From Bacillota bacterium (lineage in GTDB: Bacteria; Bacillota; UBA994; UBA5500), in the NCBI GenBank assembly GCA_050949085.1, contig JBMNFB010000001.1:712567-776566 (forward strand): 64,000 bases of DNA, read 5' to 3'. The translations under genes were made by a program, and so were the position numbers. How positions within the stretch are numbered: the first letter of the stretch is position 1; every line of letters starts with the position of its first letter. Under the pieces are notes generated by a model. The model saw nothing but the letters and a program-made list of their open reading frames with translations, made no database searches and had not been told where the DNA came from. Below are positions 49,888-58,735 of this stretch, piece after piece.

Positions 49888-51150
49888 ATGGAAACAAGTT
49901 ATTACCTGGGCAATCGCCAGCGACTCTACGCAGGAATGGAAGATAATTCGCTGCTGGTCCTGTTTTCCGGCCAGGCACCGCGCCAGAGCGGCGACCAGTT
50001 CTATTCCTTCTTCTGCAACCGCAACTTCCTGTATAGCACCGGCTGCAACGAAGAGGGCATCATCTTTCTCGCCCGGAAGCAGGCAGGTGAGGTATCCGAA
50101 ACACTCTACCTGAAACGCCCTGACCCGATGGCGGAGCGCTGGTCGGGCAAGCGGCTCAAGGCTGCAGATGCAACGAACCGCTCCGGCATTCAGCACATCA
50201 GCTACATCGATCGCTTCGCCCAGGACCTGCACGGCCACGCCATGAGCGGCGCGTTTGAGCGCCTCTATCTGGACCTGACCAAACTCACGCCGGATGAGCC
50301 GGCCAATACCGAGCATCGCTTTGCCCTCTCCTGCCGCGAGAGCTATCCGGCCTTGCCAGTGCAGAACATCCACCCGATCTTCCAGCAGCTGCGCATCATC
50401 AAGCAACCCTGTGAGATCGCTGCCATGCGCGAAGCGATCCGCATCACCGGCGAAGCCATCAAGGCGATGATGCGCGCCTCCCGCCCCGGCATGTGGGAAT
50501 ACCAATACAAGGCGATTTTCGATCATGTGCTCACCGATCACGGCGTACTGGAGCCCGGCTTCGCGCCGATCATCTGCGCGGGAGAGAACAACTTCTGCAT
50601 CCACTATTACGCCTACACCGGGCAAGCGCAGGACGGCGACCTGGTGCTGAATGACGTCGGCGCCCGCTGGAAAGGGATGGTGAACGACGTCTCTCGCAGC
50701 TGGCCCTGCAACGGCAAGTTTACTGAGCGGCAGCGGCTGCTCTATGAGTGTGCCCTGAAGACCTCGGACCACATGTTCTCCATCATCAGACCGGGCATGC
50801 CCCACGCCGATGTGGATCGCCTTGCCCGCGAGTATTGCTATGAGCTGTTGCACCAACTGGGGTTGGTCGGGGACTACAGCGAAATCGGCAAGCTGATGTG
50901 GCATGGCGGCGCCCACCACGTCGGCCTCGACGTGCATGACGACGTGACCCGCGGCGGCATGCTCCAGCCCGGCATGATCTTCTGCGTCGACATCGGCATC
51001 TACTGCGAGGAGTGGGGAATTGGCTTCCGCCTCGAGGATAACTGCCTTGTTACCGAGGACGGCTGCGAAAACCTCTCCTGCGCCATCCCCCGCACCATCG
51101 CCGAAATCGAAGCCAGCATCGGGCACGGTGAACGCCGGGGACGGTTCTAA
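49888..51150 (+). CDS. M24-family Xaa-Pro aminopeptidase / prolidase-like
   Basis: Pita-bread fold ligand pattern (D, D, HHVGLDVHD, E, E); 420 aa. Confidence 0.85.
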   Translation: METSYYLGNRQRLYAGMEDNSLLVLFSGQAPRQSGDQFYSFFCNRNFLYSTGCNEEGIIFLARKQAGEVSETLYLKRPDPMAERWSGKRLKAADATNRSGIQHISYIDRFAQDLHGHAMSGAFERLYLDLTKLTPDEPANTEHRFALSCRESYPALPVQNIHPIFQQLRIIKQPCEIAAMREAIRITGEAIKAMMRASRPGMWEYQYKAIFDHVLTDHGVLEPGFAPIICAGENNFCIHYYAYTGQAQDGDLVLNDVGARWKGMVNDVSRSWPCNGKFTERQRLLYECALKTSDHMFSIIRPGMPHADVDRLAREYCYELLHQLGLVGDYSEIGKLMWHGGAHHVGLDVHDDVTRGGMLQPGMIFCVDIGIYCEEWGIGFRLEDNCLVTEDGCENLSCAIPRTIAEIEASIGHGERRGRF

Positions 51151-51170
51151 CCGTTCACTTTTATGTCAAC
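51128..51170 (+). repeat. Copy 1 of about 45-nt terminator-like repeat (overlaps the M24 stop codon)
   Basis: TGAACGCCGGGGACGGTTCTAACCGTTCACTTTTATGTCAAC; second copy at 53272. Confidence 0.5.
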
Positions 51171-51273
51171 TGCCCTCAGGTCCAGAGCCAGGGAGACGGG
51201 GCCCGTCCCCTGGCTCTCGATGATTTGCGCTATGCCCTTCTCCTTGCTGCCGGGGTCACTCGGCGCTTGTGTT

Positions 51274-52689
51274 TTACTCCGGCTTCTTGCGCGGGATCAC
51301 GCGCCCGCCGGCGTGGATGGCCCACACTTCTCCGTCCGCATCGGCCATGAAGCGCACCTCGTTATCACTGTACCTATAATGCCAGACGGCGGATGCAGAT
51401 CCTGTGGCATACAGAGGGAACGTTCCCAGCCAGCCGCCGATGCTCAGCCCATCGCCGCTTTTCTCGATAGTGTAGGTGGCACCTTCGCCTGACTTATATG
51501 CGCCCACCACTTTCTCCATCAGATCTTCAGGCCAGGGTTGATGCCGGTAAGTGCGTCGCGGCTCTTCGATGGGTAGCCCCAGAGCCAGATTGATCAAGGC
51601 ATGATAGATTTTGGCCACTGGCACACCGCTGGTGTTGCAGAGCACGACCGCGGCAATCCCTTTCTCCGGTACAAAACCCATATTCGAGGAGACACCCTTC
51701 AGGCTGCCGCCATGATCCACCAGGGTCACGCCGGCATAGTCCTGCACCACCAGGCCGTAGCCGTAGCGGCGGTTCTCCGTGAACTCCAGCGTTCTCTGCC
51801 GCATCCGCTCCACACCGGCTGCAGAGAGCAGGCGTTCTTCGCCCCACTTGCCGCCGTTGGCGTACATCTGCGCATACTTGATCAGGTCGTCGACACAGGA
51901 TTTCAGCCAGCCGCAGGCCACAAACGGCGGGGCCACCTGCCAGTTGGACGAATGCTTCAGTTCCTCATCACGGGTTCGATAATAGAGCTCAGTTACGTTA
52001 TCGAGCGCCTGTAGTTCCTCCACTGTGAACACGCTACGCTCCATGCCTAGCGGCTGCAGGATGTGGCGCCTGACATATTCCTGATAGGGCTCGCCGCTCA
52101 CCCGCTCCACGATTTCACCCAGCAGACCATAGCAATCATTGGAATAGCTGAGATACTCGCCGGGCTGGCCCAGCATCTCATAGTCTCCGTTCTTCAGATA
52201 GTCCAGCAAGTCGGCCATGGTGTCAACCCGTGGATTCTCCGGCTTGTCCTTGGCCCCGTCCTCATCCTCGGATTCCGGCTCGTCCGGCACCGTATTGCCG
52301 GTGATACTGTAATTCAGCGTTGGAAGCGGTGGAAAACCCGCCGTATGCGTCAGCAGATGATGGATGGTCACCGCCTGCGCATCGGCGCCCGTCGGCAAGC
52401 CAAACTCCGGGAGATAGCGGACGACAGGATCCTCCGGCTGCAGCAGACCGCGCTCGGCCAGCTGCATGATCGCCAGCGCCGTAAACGACTTGGTTACCGA
52501 GGCCAGGCCGAAAATTGTCTGCCCATCCACCGGCAACCCTGCTGCCAGATCACGGTGGCCAAAGCTCGCCTGATACGTCACTTCGCCCTGCTCGGCCAAA
52601 GCGACCACGATCCCCGGTGCCTGATAGGCCTGCCTGATCTGCTCCAGGTAGTTCTCGAAGGCTGCGATACGCTCTGCACTATACTTCAA
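51274..52689 (-). CDS. Serine hydrolase of the beta-lactamase / PBP4* family with C-terminal extension
   Basis: SVTKSF S-x-x-K motif; 471 aa. Confidence 0.85.
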   Translation of the reverse strand: MKYSAERIAAFENYLEQIRQAYQAPGIVVALAEQGEVTYQASFGHRDLAAGLPVDGQTIFGLASVTKSFTALAIMQLAERGLLQPEDPVVRYLPEFGLPTGADAQAVTIHHLLTHTAGFPPLPTLNYSITGNTVPDEPESEDEDGAKDKPENPRVDTMADLLDYLKNGDYEMLGQPGEYLSYSNDCYGLLGEIVERVSGEPYQEYVRRHILQPLGMERSVFTVEELQALDNVTELYYRTRDEELKHSSNWQVAPPFVACGWLKSCVDDLIKYAQMYANGGKWGEERLLSAAGVERMRQRTLEFTENRRYGYGLVVQDYAGVTLVDHGGSLKGVSSNMGFVPEKGIAAVVLCNTSGVPVAKIYHALINLALGLPIEEPRRTYRHQPWPEDLMEKVVGAYKSGEGATYTIEKSGDGLSIGGWLGTFPLYATGSASAVWHYRYSDNEVRFMADADGEVWAIHAGGRVIPRKKPE

Positions 52690-52914
52690 CTACAAACCTC
52701 CTCTGCTCAGAATAGCTGACTGAATAGAGTCTTTCTTCTTCTCACACTTTCGCCAACAGCGGCAGGTTTCCTCTGCTAAACCTCGATTTATCATGCAAAG
52801 CGAATGCTAGTACAGTTACTACATCCTACGCTTCGCCCCTAGTCCTAGCATTCGGTTTGTCCAGGGAGTAGAATGAAGTTGGTGTTCCATGACTAGACAG
52901 GAGGCATCAGCCAG

Positions 52915-53271
52915 ATGGAACAGTGGAGAAAAAACCTGATCATTCTGTGGGTTGGAACTGTCGTCGCCGGGGTATCATTTTCGATCGTCAGCCCCTTTCT
53001 GCCAGCCCTGCTGGAAAACCTGGGAGTTGCCGAGAACCTCGAGATTTGGTCGGGATGGGCGTTTTCAGCCTCGTTCTACAGCAGCGCCCTGCTCTATCCC
53101 GTCTGGGGAGCGCTGGCCGACAAATACGGCCGCAGGCCGCAGCTGCTGCGCTCTGCTGGGTGGACTCTTGCTCTGGATGCGGAACAAGCAATGGGATACA
53201 CAGACTGCAGCAGGCAGCTCAGAGCTGCAGCCAGCTGGCGAAGCTGGGGGAAGAAAAACGGCATAGAATGA
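52915..53271 (+). pseudogene. Truncated MFS-transporter N-terminal fragment
   Basis: First two or three TM helices and the GALADKYGRRP MFS loop motif, then frame collapse directly before repeat copy 2. Confidence 0.5.
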
Positions 53272-53314
53272 TGAACGGTGGGGACGGTTCCCACCGTTCA
53301 TTTTTATGTAAACT
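53272..53314 (+). repeat. Copy 2 of about 45-nt terminator-like repeat
   Basis: TGAACGGTGGGGACGGTTCCCACCGTTCATTTTTATGTAAAC, about 88% identical to copy 1. Followed by perfect hairpin AGGCGGCCA-CCC-TGGCCGCCT (53348-53369). Confidence 0.5.
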
Positions 53315-53549
53315 ATGCTGGATCCAGACTGCACATACAGAAACCAGAAGGCGGCCACCCTGGCCGCCTATAGCTTGATCCTTCCCCCGCTATTCGCGGG
53401 TACATAGAACCCACGCCAATGAGGGATTACTCCTGAGTAGATGCCCTTGAGTCCGGGTGACAGATGACACAGCCGCCCTCCGCTTCCCCGCCCTGATAAT
53501 CATGGCCGGTTGCATCTACAGTGATTTTCAGGGTAGGGATGCGACCGTA

Positions 53550-54032
53550 CTAATCAACGAAGTAGCTGCCCTCATCGATATCCAGAATGCGGTTGCCGAG
53601 CAGCATCTCCGCCACCTGCTTGTCACTCCAGCGATTATGCAGCTTTCTGGTACACTCATGGTTCCCATCCGCGAAGAATATCTCCAGATCTTCATCCACT
53701 TCAACACGTACATAGTGCGGACACTCATTGCACAGTCGGAACAGCCCGCACTTGGAGTTGAAAGGTTGGTCCTGCGATGCAGTCCAGTAGCTCCTCCACC
53801 AGACGTCGCTGTCACCCATATCACGCACCAGATTGTACCCGGCAGCGTGCCGCTCCATCTGGCCATCTCCCTCGTGCCGGGTGATGACTCTTACCTCGAT
53901 CTCCGACTCCCACCAGCCGAAATGAGAAAGATAGGGATCCAGGCTGGGAACCGTCGAGAATACATCTCGCGAAGCTTCGTAGTTCGAGCCCCCTGAATGG
54001 GCCTGCCGTTCATCAACGTCATTTGTCACCAT
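53550..54032 (-). CDS. Hypothetical protein (160 aa, Cys/His-containing)
   Basis: ORF with RBS-like context and no recognised motif. Confidence 0.35.
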   Translation of the reverse strand: MVTNDVDERQAHSGGSNYEASRDVFSTVPSLDPYLSHFGWWESEIEVRVITRHEGDGQMERHAAGYNLVRDMGDSDVWWRSYWTASQDQPFNSKCGLFRLCNECPHYVRVEVDEDLEIFFADGNHECTRKLHNRWSDKQVAEMLLGNRILDIDEGSYFVD

Positions 54033-54121
54033 AGATGCCTCCCCTGTTAGCTATTCTCCGTATATGTTTCTACATGGAGCAGCCAACGCCTTCAGCACAC
54101 TCGGTGAACGCTGAGGCGCAT

Positions 54122-54150
54122 GCAAAAAAGCCCGCGCGTGGCGCGGGCCG
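54122..54150 (-). terminator. Rho-independent terminator of lipoprotein gene
   Basis: Plus strand AAAAAA then GCCCGCGC-GTG-GCGCGGGC, i.e. hairpin then U-run on the minus strand. Confidence 0.6.
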
Positions 54151-54199
54151 ATGTTAACGTTGACCGTGCATTCTGTAATCTATTGTCTCTCTGCTATCT

Positions 54200-54823
54200 C
54201 TAAATGGTCCACTCGGCATGGACAATGCCTACCAGGTACCAGGCGTCACCCTCCTGCTCAAAGACCAGCCGCAGGCTGCGCCAGTCAATTCCCCCATATT
54301 GCGGATCAATCTCCGGGAAGTGAAACTCGATGAAGCCGCCGTTGGGGTATGCTTCCTCGATGTTGTTGATGGTGTTACTCCAGCCGATGCTGTGATTCCG
54401 GCCAACCATCGGTGCCTGGGCAAAGTCCACGTCGTAGACGAAGCGCCCGTAGTACTCGCCAAATGTAAGCTCGATGGGGTCGCCACTACCGTCATACTCG
54501 CCCCAGACGTATACGGTCGTGTCGCTGTCCAGCTCCGCAACCTGGTCGGTCGTGAAAACCCGGTCCTTCTCCAGATCGATGTAGGGATAAGCGGTAAATC
54601 GCAGCCCCTTCTGCGGATGCACTATGGACGCGAGACTCTCCCAGTCCCTGGCCTTGATAAGCTCGATGGCGCGCAGTGCGCTGAGCAGAGGCTCCTGCTG
54701 GGCTAGCAGCCCAAGGTCATTCCCAGCGTCCGGATCCTGGTTGACAAGCGGCATGCCCGAACAGCCTGCCAGCAGCCCTACCGTCAAGACGAGCAGTACA
54801 AGTAGACTAATCCGTCTGGTCAA
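54200..54823 (-). CDS. Lipoprotein of unknown function (paralog A)
   Basis: TTG start after AGGAGG; lipobox LLAGCSG; C-terminal IDWRSLRLVFEQEGDAWYLVGIVHAEWTI. Confidence 0.6.
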   Translation of the reverse strand: MTRRISLLVLLVLTVGLLAGCSGMPLVNQDPDAGNDLGLLAQQEPLLSALRAIELIKARDWESLASIVHPQKGLRFTAYPYIDLEKDRVFTTDQVAELDSDTTVYVWGEYDGSGDPIELTFGEYYGRFVYDVDFAQAPMVGRNHSIGWSNTINNIEEAYPNGGFIEFHFPEIDPQYGGIDWRSLRLVFEQEGDAWYLVGIVHAEWTI

Positions 54824-55056
54824 TGCTGACCCTCCTTCTGGCGTTTCTACGATGACATCTCTTCCGGGACTCCCGAGGCGCGCTACGTCGACAGCTGCCC
54901 GTGGTCGCCCCCAGGGTCCCTTGTCTGTTATGGACGCCCAAGCCGGCTCCTTTGTTGCCGCGCGGTCCCTGGCATTAATGCCCTGCCGCGCATCACGGTT
55001 AGCTTTCTCTGCTCTAGACTCGCCTTTTTCGACGGCGGCTTCTACCACACTCCCCG

Positions 55057-55686
55057 CTAGATCGTCCACTCGCCGTGGATGACTCCTACCAGATACCAGG
55101 TGTCGCCCTGCTGCTCAAAGACGAGCTTCAGGCTGCGCCAGTCGATTCCATCGTGCATTTCAGTTCCTGGGAAGTAGAACTCGACAAACCGCCCGTTCGG
55201 ATAGGCCTCCTGAACATTATCGATGGCATTGCCGGTGCCGATGATGCGATCGCGACCAATCAGCGGCGCATTAGCGAAGTCTGCATCGTAGATGAAGCGC
55301 TCATAGTATTCGCCGAAGGTTAGTTGGATCGGGTCGCCGCTACCATCATAGTGACCCCAGTTATGCTTGGTCGAATCGGTGCCGAAACCGGCAACCTGTT
55401 CGGCAGTGAAAACCAGGTCCTTCTCAAGCTCAATGTAGGGATAGGCAGTGAAACGCACCCCTGCCTCAGGATGCACCATGGCCGCCAGCCCCTCCCAGTC
55501 CTTGTTCTGGATCAGTTCGATGGCCTGCAGTGCACTGAACAGCGGCCCTTGCGATTTGGCCAGCTCCCGCCAGCTTGCCACCTCATTCTCCAGTTCCTCG
55601 ATGGCACCTCGGTCGACACAGCCGACCAGGAGACCAAACGTCAACAGTATGACCACACAAAGGCTGATAACTCTCTTCAATCTCAA
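55057..55686 (-). CDS. Lipoprotein of unknown function (paralog B)
   Basis: Lipobox LLVGCV; C-terminal IDWRSLKLVFEQQGDTWYLVGVIHGEWTI. Confidence 0.6.
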   Translation of the reverse strand: MRLKRVISLCVVILLTFGLLVGCVDRGAIEELENEVASWRELAKSQGPLFSALQAIELIQNKDWEGLAAMVHPEAGVRFTAYPYIELEKDLVFTAEQVAGFGTDSTKHNWGHYDGSGDPIQLTFGEYYERFIYDADFANAPLIGRDRIIGTGNAIDNVQEAYPNGRFVEFYFPGTEMHDGIDWRSLKLVFEQQGDTWYLVGVIHGEWTI

Positions 55687-55901
55687 TCCACCCTTCTACA
55701 ATCTGGCGCGCCTGCCTACCCCTAGGATACCTTCTACCAGCCGTTTCAACAAGTGATAGGAAACCTTTCGCAACAGCGCCACAACTCACCACTTAAGAGC
55801 GAAGACTTCAGGGCGAAGTGGGATGATCTGCCCCTCCATTTCACATAGAAAAGGCGCAGATGGATCAATCGTCTCATCTGCGCCCCTTTCTACTATTCTT
55901 G

Positions 55902-56648
55902 TCACCTTCCCCGAGTGCGCAGCAGAAACTGACGGGTGCGCTCCTGCTGCGGGTTGTCAAGAATCTGCTCGGGTGTGCCTTCTTCGGCGATCACGCCCTG
56001 ATCCATGAAGGCCACGCGGTCGGCGACCTCGCGAGCAAAATCCATCTCGTGGGTGACGATGAGCATCGTCATGCCGCTATCCGCCAGCATCTCCATCACC
56101 TTCAGCACCTCGCCCACCATCTCCGGGTCGAGAGCGGACGTGGGTTCGTCAAAGAGCATCACATCTGGCTCCATGGACAGCGCCCGAGCGATGGCCACGC
56201 GCTGCTTCTGTCCGCCAGAGAGCTGTCTCGGCCGCGCATGGATGAACTGCTCCATCCCCACCAGCCGCAGGTATTTCAGCGCCACCTGTTCGGCTTCTGC
56301 GCGGCTGCGGCGCAGCACCTTCATCTGACCGACAACGCAGTTGCCCAGGACATCATGGTTGTTGAACAGATTGAACTGTTGAAAGACCATGCCCAGCCGG
56401 GCGCGGGTGGCGTAGATCTCTCCCGGCCTGTCGAGGATATTCTGCCCCCGGTAGATGATCCTGCCGCCGCTCGGCTTCTCCAGCAGGTTGATGCAGCGCA
56501 GCAGGGTCGACTTCCCCGAGCCAGAGGAGCCGATGATGCAGACGACCTCGCCAGCGCTTACCGAGAAGTTGATGTCCTTCAGGACCTCATGTGTACCAAA
56601 GGACTTGCTCAGGTGCTGAATCTCAATCACGTTTTCCATGTCTTTCAC
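55902..56648 (-). CDS. Polar amino-acid ABC transporter ATP-binding protein
   Basis: GSSGSGKST Walker [10 protein letters not shown] signature, GlnQ/ArtP-like length. Confidence 0.9.
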   Translation of the reverse strand: MKDMENVIEIQHLSKSFGTHEVLKDINFSVSAGEVVCIIGSSGSGKSTLLRCINLLEKPSGGRIIYRGQNILDRPGEIYATRARLGMVFQQFNLFNNHDVLGNCVVGQMKVLRRSRAEAEQVALKYLRLVGMEQFIHARPRQLSGGQKQRVAIARALSMEPDVMLFDEPTSALDPEMVGEVLKVMEMLADSGMTMLIVTHEMDFAREVADRVAFMDQGVIAEEGTPEQILDNPQQERTRQFLLRTRGR

Positions 56649-56660
56649 CTGCCTCCCCTG

Positions 56661-57437
56661 CTAGTAGCTGGACGAGCTGCGCTGCTTGCGCAGGATATCT
56701 TCCGGCGTCTCCACCTGCATCTGGTTCGCATAGAGAATATAGTGCTCTGGGCCGTCAAGCCTTCTCTCCAGATAGCGCAAGATCCGCGTGACGGTGAATG
56801 TCATCACCAGGTAGATCACACTGACGACGAGGAATGTCTCGAAGTAGTGAAAGTTGCTACCGGCGACAGATTTCCCCTGAAAGAACAGCTCGGTAACCGA
56901 AATAACGTTGAGCACCGAGGTATCTTTGATGTTGATGACAAACTCGTTGCCCGTGGCCGGCAGAATGTTGCGGATCACCTGCGGCAGAATGACGTAGAAC
57001 ATGGTCTGCCAGTGGTTCATGCCGATGGCCTGGGCCGCCTCGAACTGCCCCTTATCGATGGAGACGATGCCGCCGCGCACGATCTCAGCCATATAGGCGC
57101 CAGTGTTGATAGAGACGATGAACAGGGCAGCCGTCAGCCGATCCATGTGCAACCCCAGGGCGATGGCCGAACCGTAGTAGATGACCATGGCCTGAACAAT
57201 CATCGGCGTCCCCCGGAATACTTCAATATACACGGCGAGGACAGCATTCATCATCCAGAGGCAGGCGCGCTTCGTGCGGCCTCCTTCTCTGGGAATCGTG
57301 CGAGCGACACCCACCAGCAAACCGATAACAACGCCGACAACGGTGCCGACGGTAGCAAGCAGGAGAGTCGTTCGGGCTCCCCGCAGGAACATCGGCCAGT
57401 ATTCCGTCGTGATCCTGACGATCCATTCTAAGCTCAT
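56661..57437 (-). CDS. Polar amino-acid ABC transporter permease (HisM/GlnP type)
   Basis: BPD_transp_1-like with the EAA-loop region. Confidence 0.85.
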   Translation of the reverse strand: MSLEWIVRITTEYWPMFLRGARTTLLLATVGTVVGVVIGLLVGVARTIPREGGRTKRACLWMMNAVLAVYIEVFRGTPMIVQAMVIYYGSAIALGLHMDRLTAALFIVSINTGAYMAEIVRGGIVSIDKGQFEAAQAIGMNHWQTMFYVILPQVIRNILPATGNEFVINIKDTSVLNVISVTELFFQGKSVAGSNFHYFETFLVVSVIYLVMTFTVTRILRYLERRLDGPEHYILYANQMQVETPEDILRKQRSSSSY

Positions 57438-57501
57438 GGCTCTCCTCCTTATGGGATGGACCCGAATGCCTCAATTATGAGGCAGTCGGCTCTCAGCAGA
57501 T

Positions 57502-58314
57502 CTAGCCGCCGATGGGCTGGTTCTTGATCGCCTCGTCCATGATCTGCAGGCGTTCATCCTGCGAGATGCCAGCCAGGATCTCGTTGATCTTGGTGGTCAG
57601 CCCGCTTCCCTTCTTCAAGCCCACCGCAACCACGGTGTCTTCCGGCGAGGTGGTGAACCCATCTGTCAGCTCGATCATCTTCAGATTGGGGTTAGCAGCA
57701 GAGGCGCTGACTCCCTCCGGGCGTTCGGATACATAAGCGTCAATCATGCCAGCTTCCAGGGCTACGCGCATCGCCGTAAAATCGTCCATGGCCGGCTGCT
57801 TCGCCACTCCAGGGATCTGATCGATGACGGTGTAGTGGAAGGTACCCATCTGCGCCGTCACCTTCGCACCCGCGAAGTCGGCCAGCGTGCTGGCGGCTTC
57901 GTACTTGCTGCCGCGCCTGACAACCATGACCAGGTCGGACTCATAGTAGCTATCCGAGAAGTCGATCCGCTCAGCCCGCTCGGCCGTGGGCGACATACCA
58001 GCGATGATCACATCAATCTTGCCCGAGGTGAGCGCCATCTCCAGACCGTTCCACTCGGTCTTGACGATGGCCAACTCCCTCCCTAAGCCCTCGGCGATAC
58101 GCTTGGCGATCTCCACATCGTAACCGCCAGCGAACTCGGCAGTGCCCTCAATCGGGACAGCGCCGTTAGAATCATCCATCTGCGTCCAGTTGAAAGGGGC
58201 GTAGCCCGCTTCCATGCCGGCGCGCAACACGGCGTCGCCCTGCCCGCCGCACCCGGTTACCAGTGTCATCACAGCCAAGGCAAGCGCCAAGGCCAACATC
58301 CATCTATTTCTCAT
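57502..58314 (-). CDS. Amino-acid-binding lipoprotein (SBP family 3)
   Basis: Signal peptide with LVTGCGG lipobox; SBP_bac_3-like. Confidence 0.85.
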   Translation of the reverse strand: MRNRWMLALALALAVMTLVTGCGGQGDAVLRAGMEAGYAPFNWTQMDDSNGAVPIEGTAEFAGGYDVEIAKRIAEGLGRELAIVKTEWNGLEMALTSGKIDVIIAGMSPTAERAERIDFSDSYYESDLVMVVRRGSKYEAASTLADFAGAKVTAQMGTFHYTVIDQIPGVAKQPAMDDFTAMRVALEAGMIDAYVSERPEGVSASAANPNLKMIELTDGFTTSPEDTVVAVGLKKGSGLTTKINEILAGISQDERLQIMDEAIKNQPIGG

Positions 58315-58365
58315 ATCTGCCCTCTCCCTTTCTGTCAGTGAAATCTGTTAGTCCAAGTATTTCTG

Positions 58366-58400
58366 GGCAAACAAAAAGACCTAAGGCGAAGCTTAGGTCA
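58366..58400 (-). terminator. Rho-independent terminator downstream of the McrBC-like pair
   Basis: Plus strand ACAAAAA then GACCTAAG-GCGAAG-CTTAGGTC; hairpin then U-run on the minus strand. Confidence 0.5.
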
Positions 58401-58735
58401 TGGAATACCTACACCTCCCCACTTTCCCTGAATGAAGTAGCACAACTCAGCAAACCGGGATTGCTTACTGAGACAGTTCTGCAGTTCATCACTGCAGCCC
58501 CAACCAGCTACACTTGAGGATGCAACTGGTTTCGGCGGCATTTCGCCCTCTCTGGCCTCATTGCTTCTCAGGCTCCACCAGAGATTCCTAAACGCCGCGC
58601 CTCTACCTCACCGGTCAAAGTGAGGCGTTGCTAGTATTAAGTTATCGCTAGTCTACAAGATAGGTGCCTGTCCTGTCAACCAAACTATATATATTTGCAG
58701 GATGATTGTCTCTGCAGGAGTTGGGCTTCTGATTA

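Noticed and set aside
49627-51126. 499-aa minus-strand ORF opposite the M24 aminopeptidase
   Set aside because: Low-complexity G/A/V-rich antisense translation. The plus-strand gene has M24 metal-ligand motifs and translational coupling to the upstream gene.
55860-57431. 523-aa plus-strand ORF opposite the amino-acid ABC ATPase and permease
   Set aside because: Antisense shadow; the minus-strand Walker and signature motifs are unambiguous.
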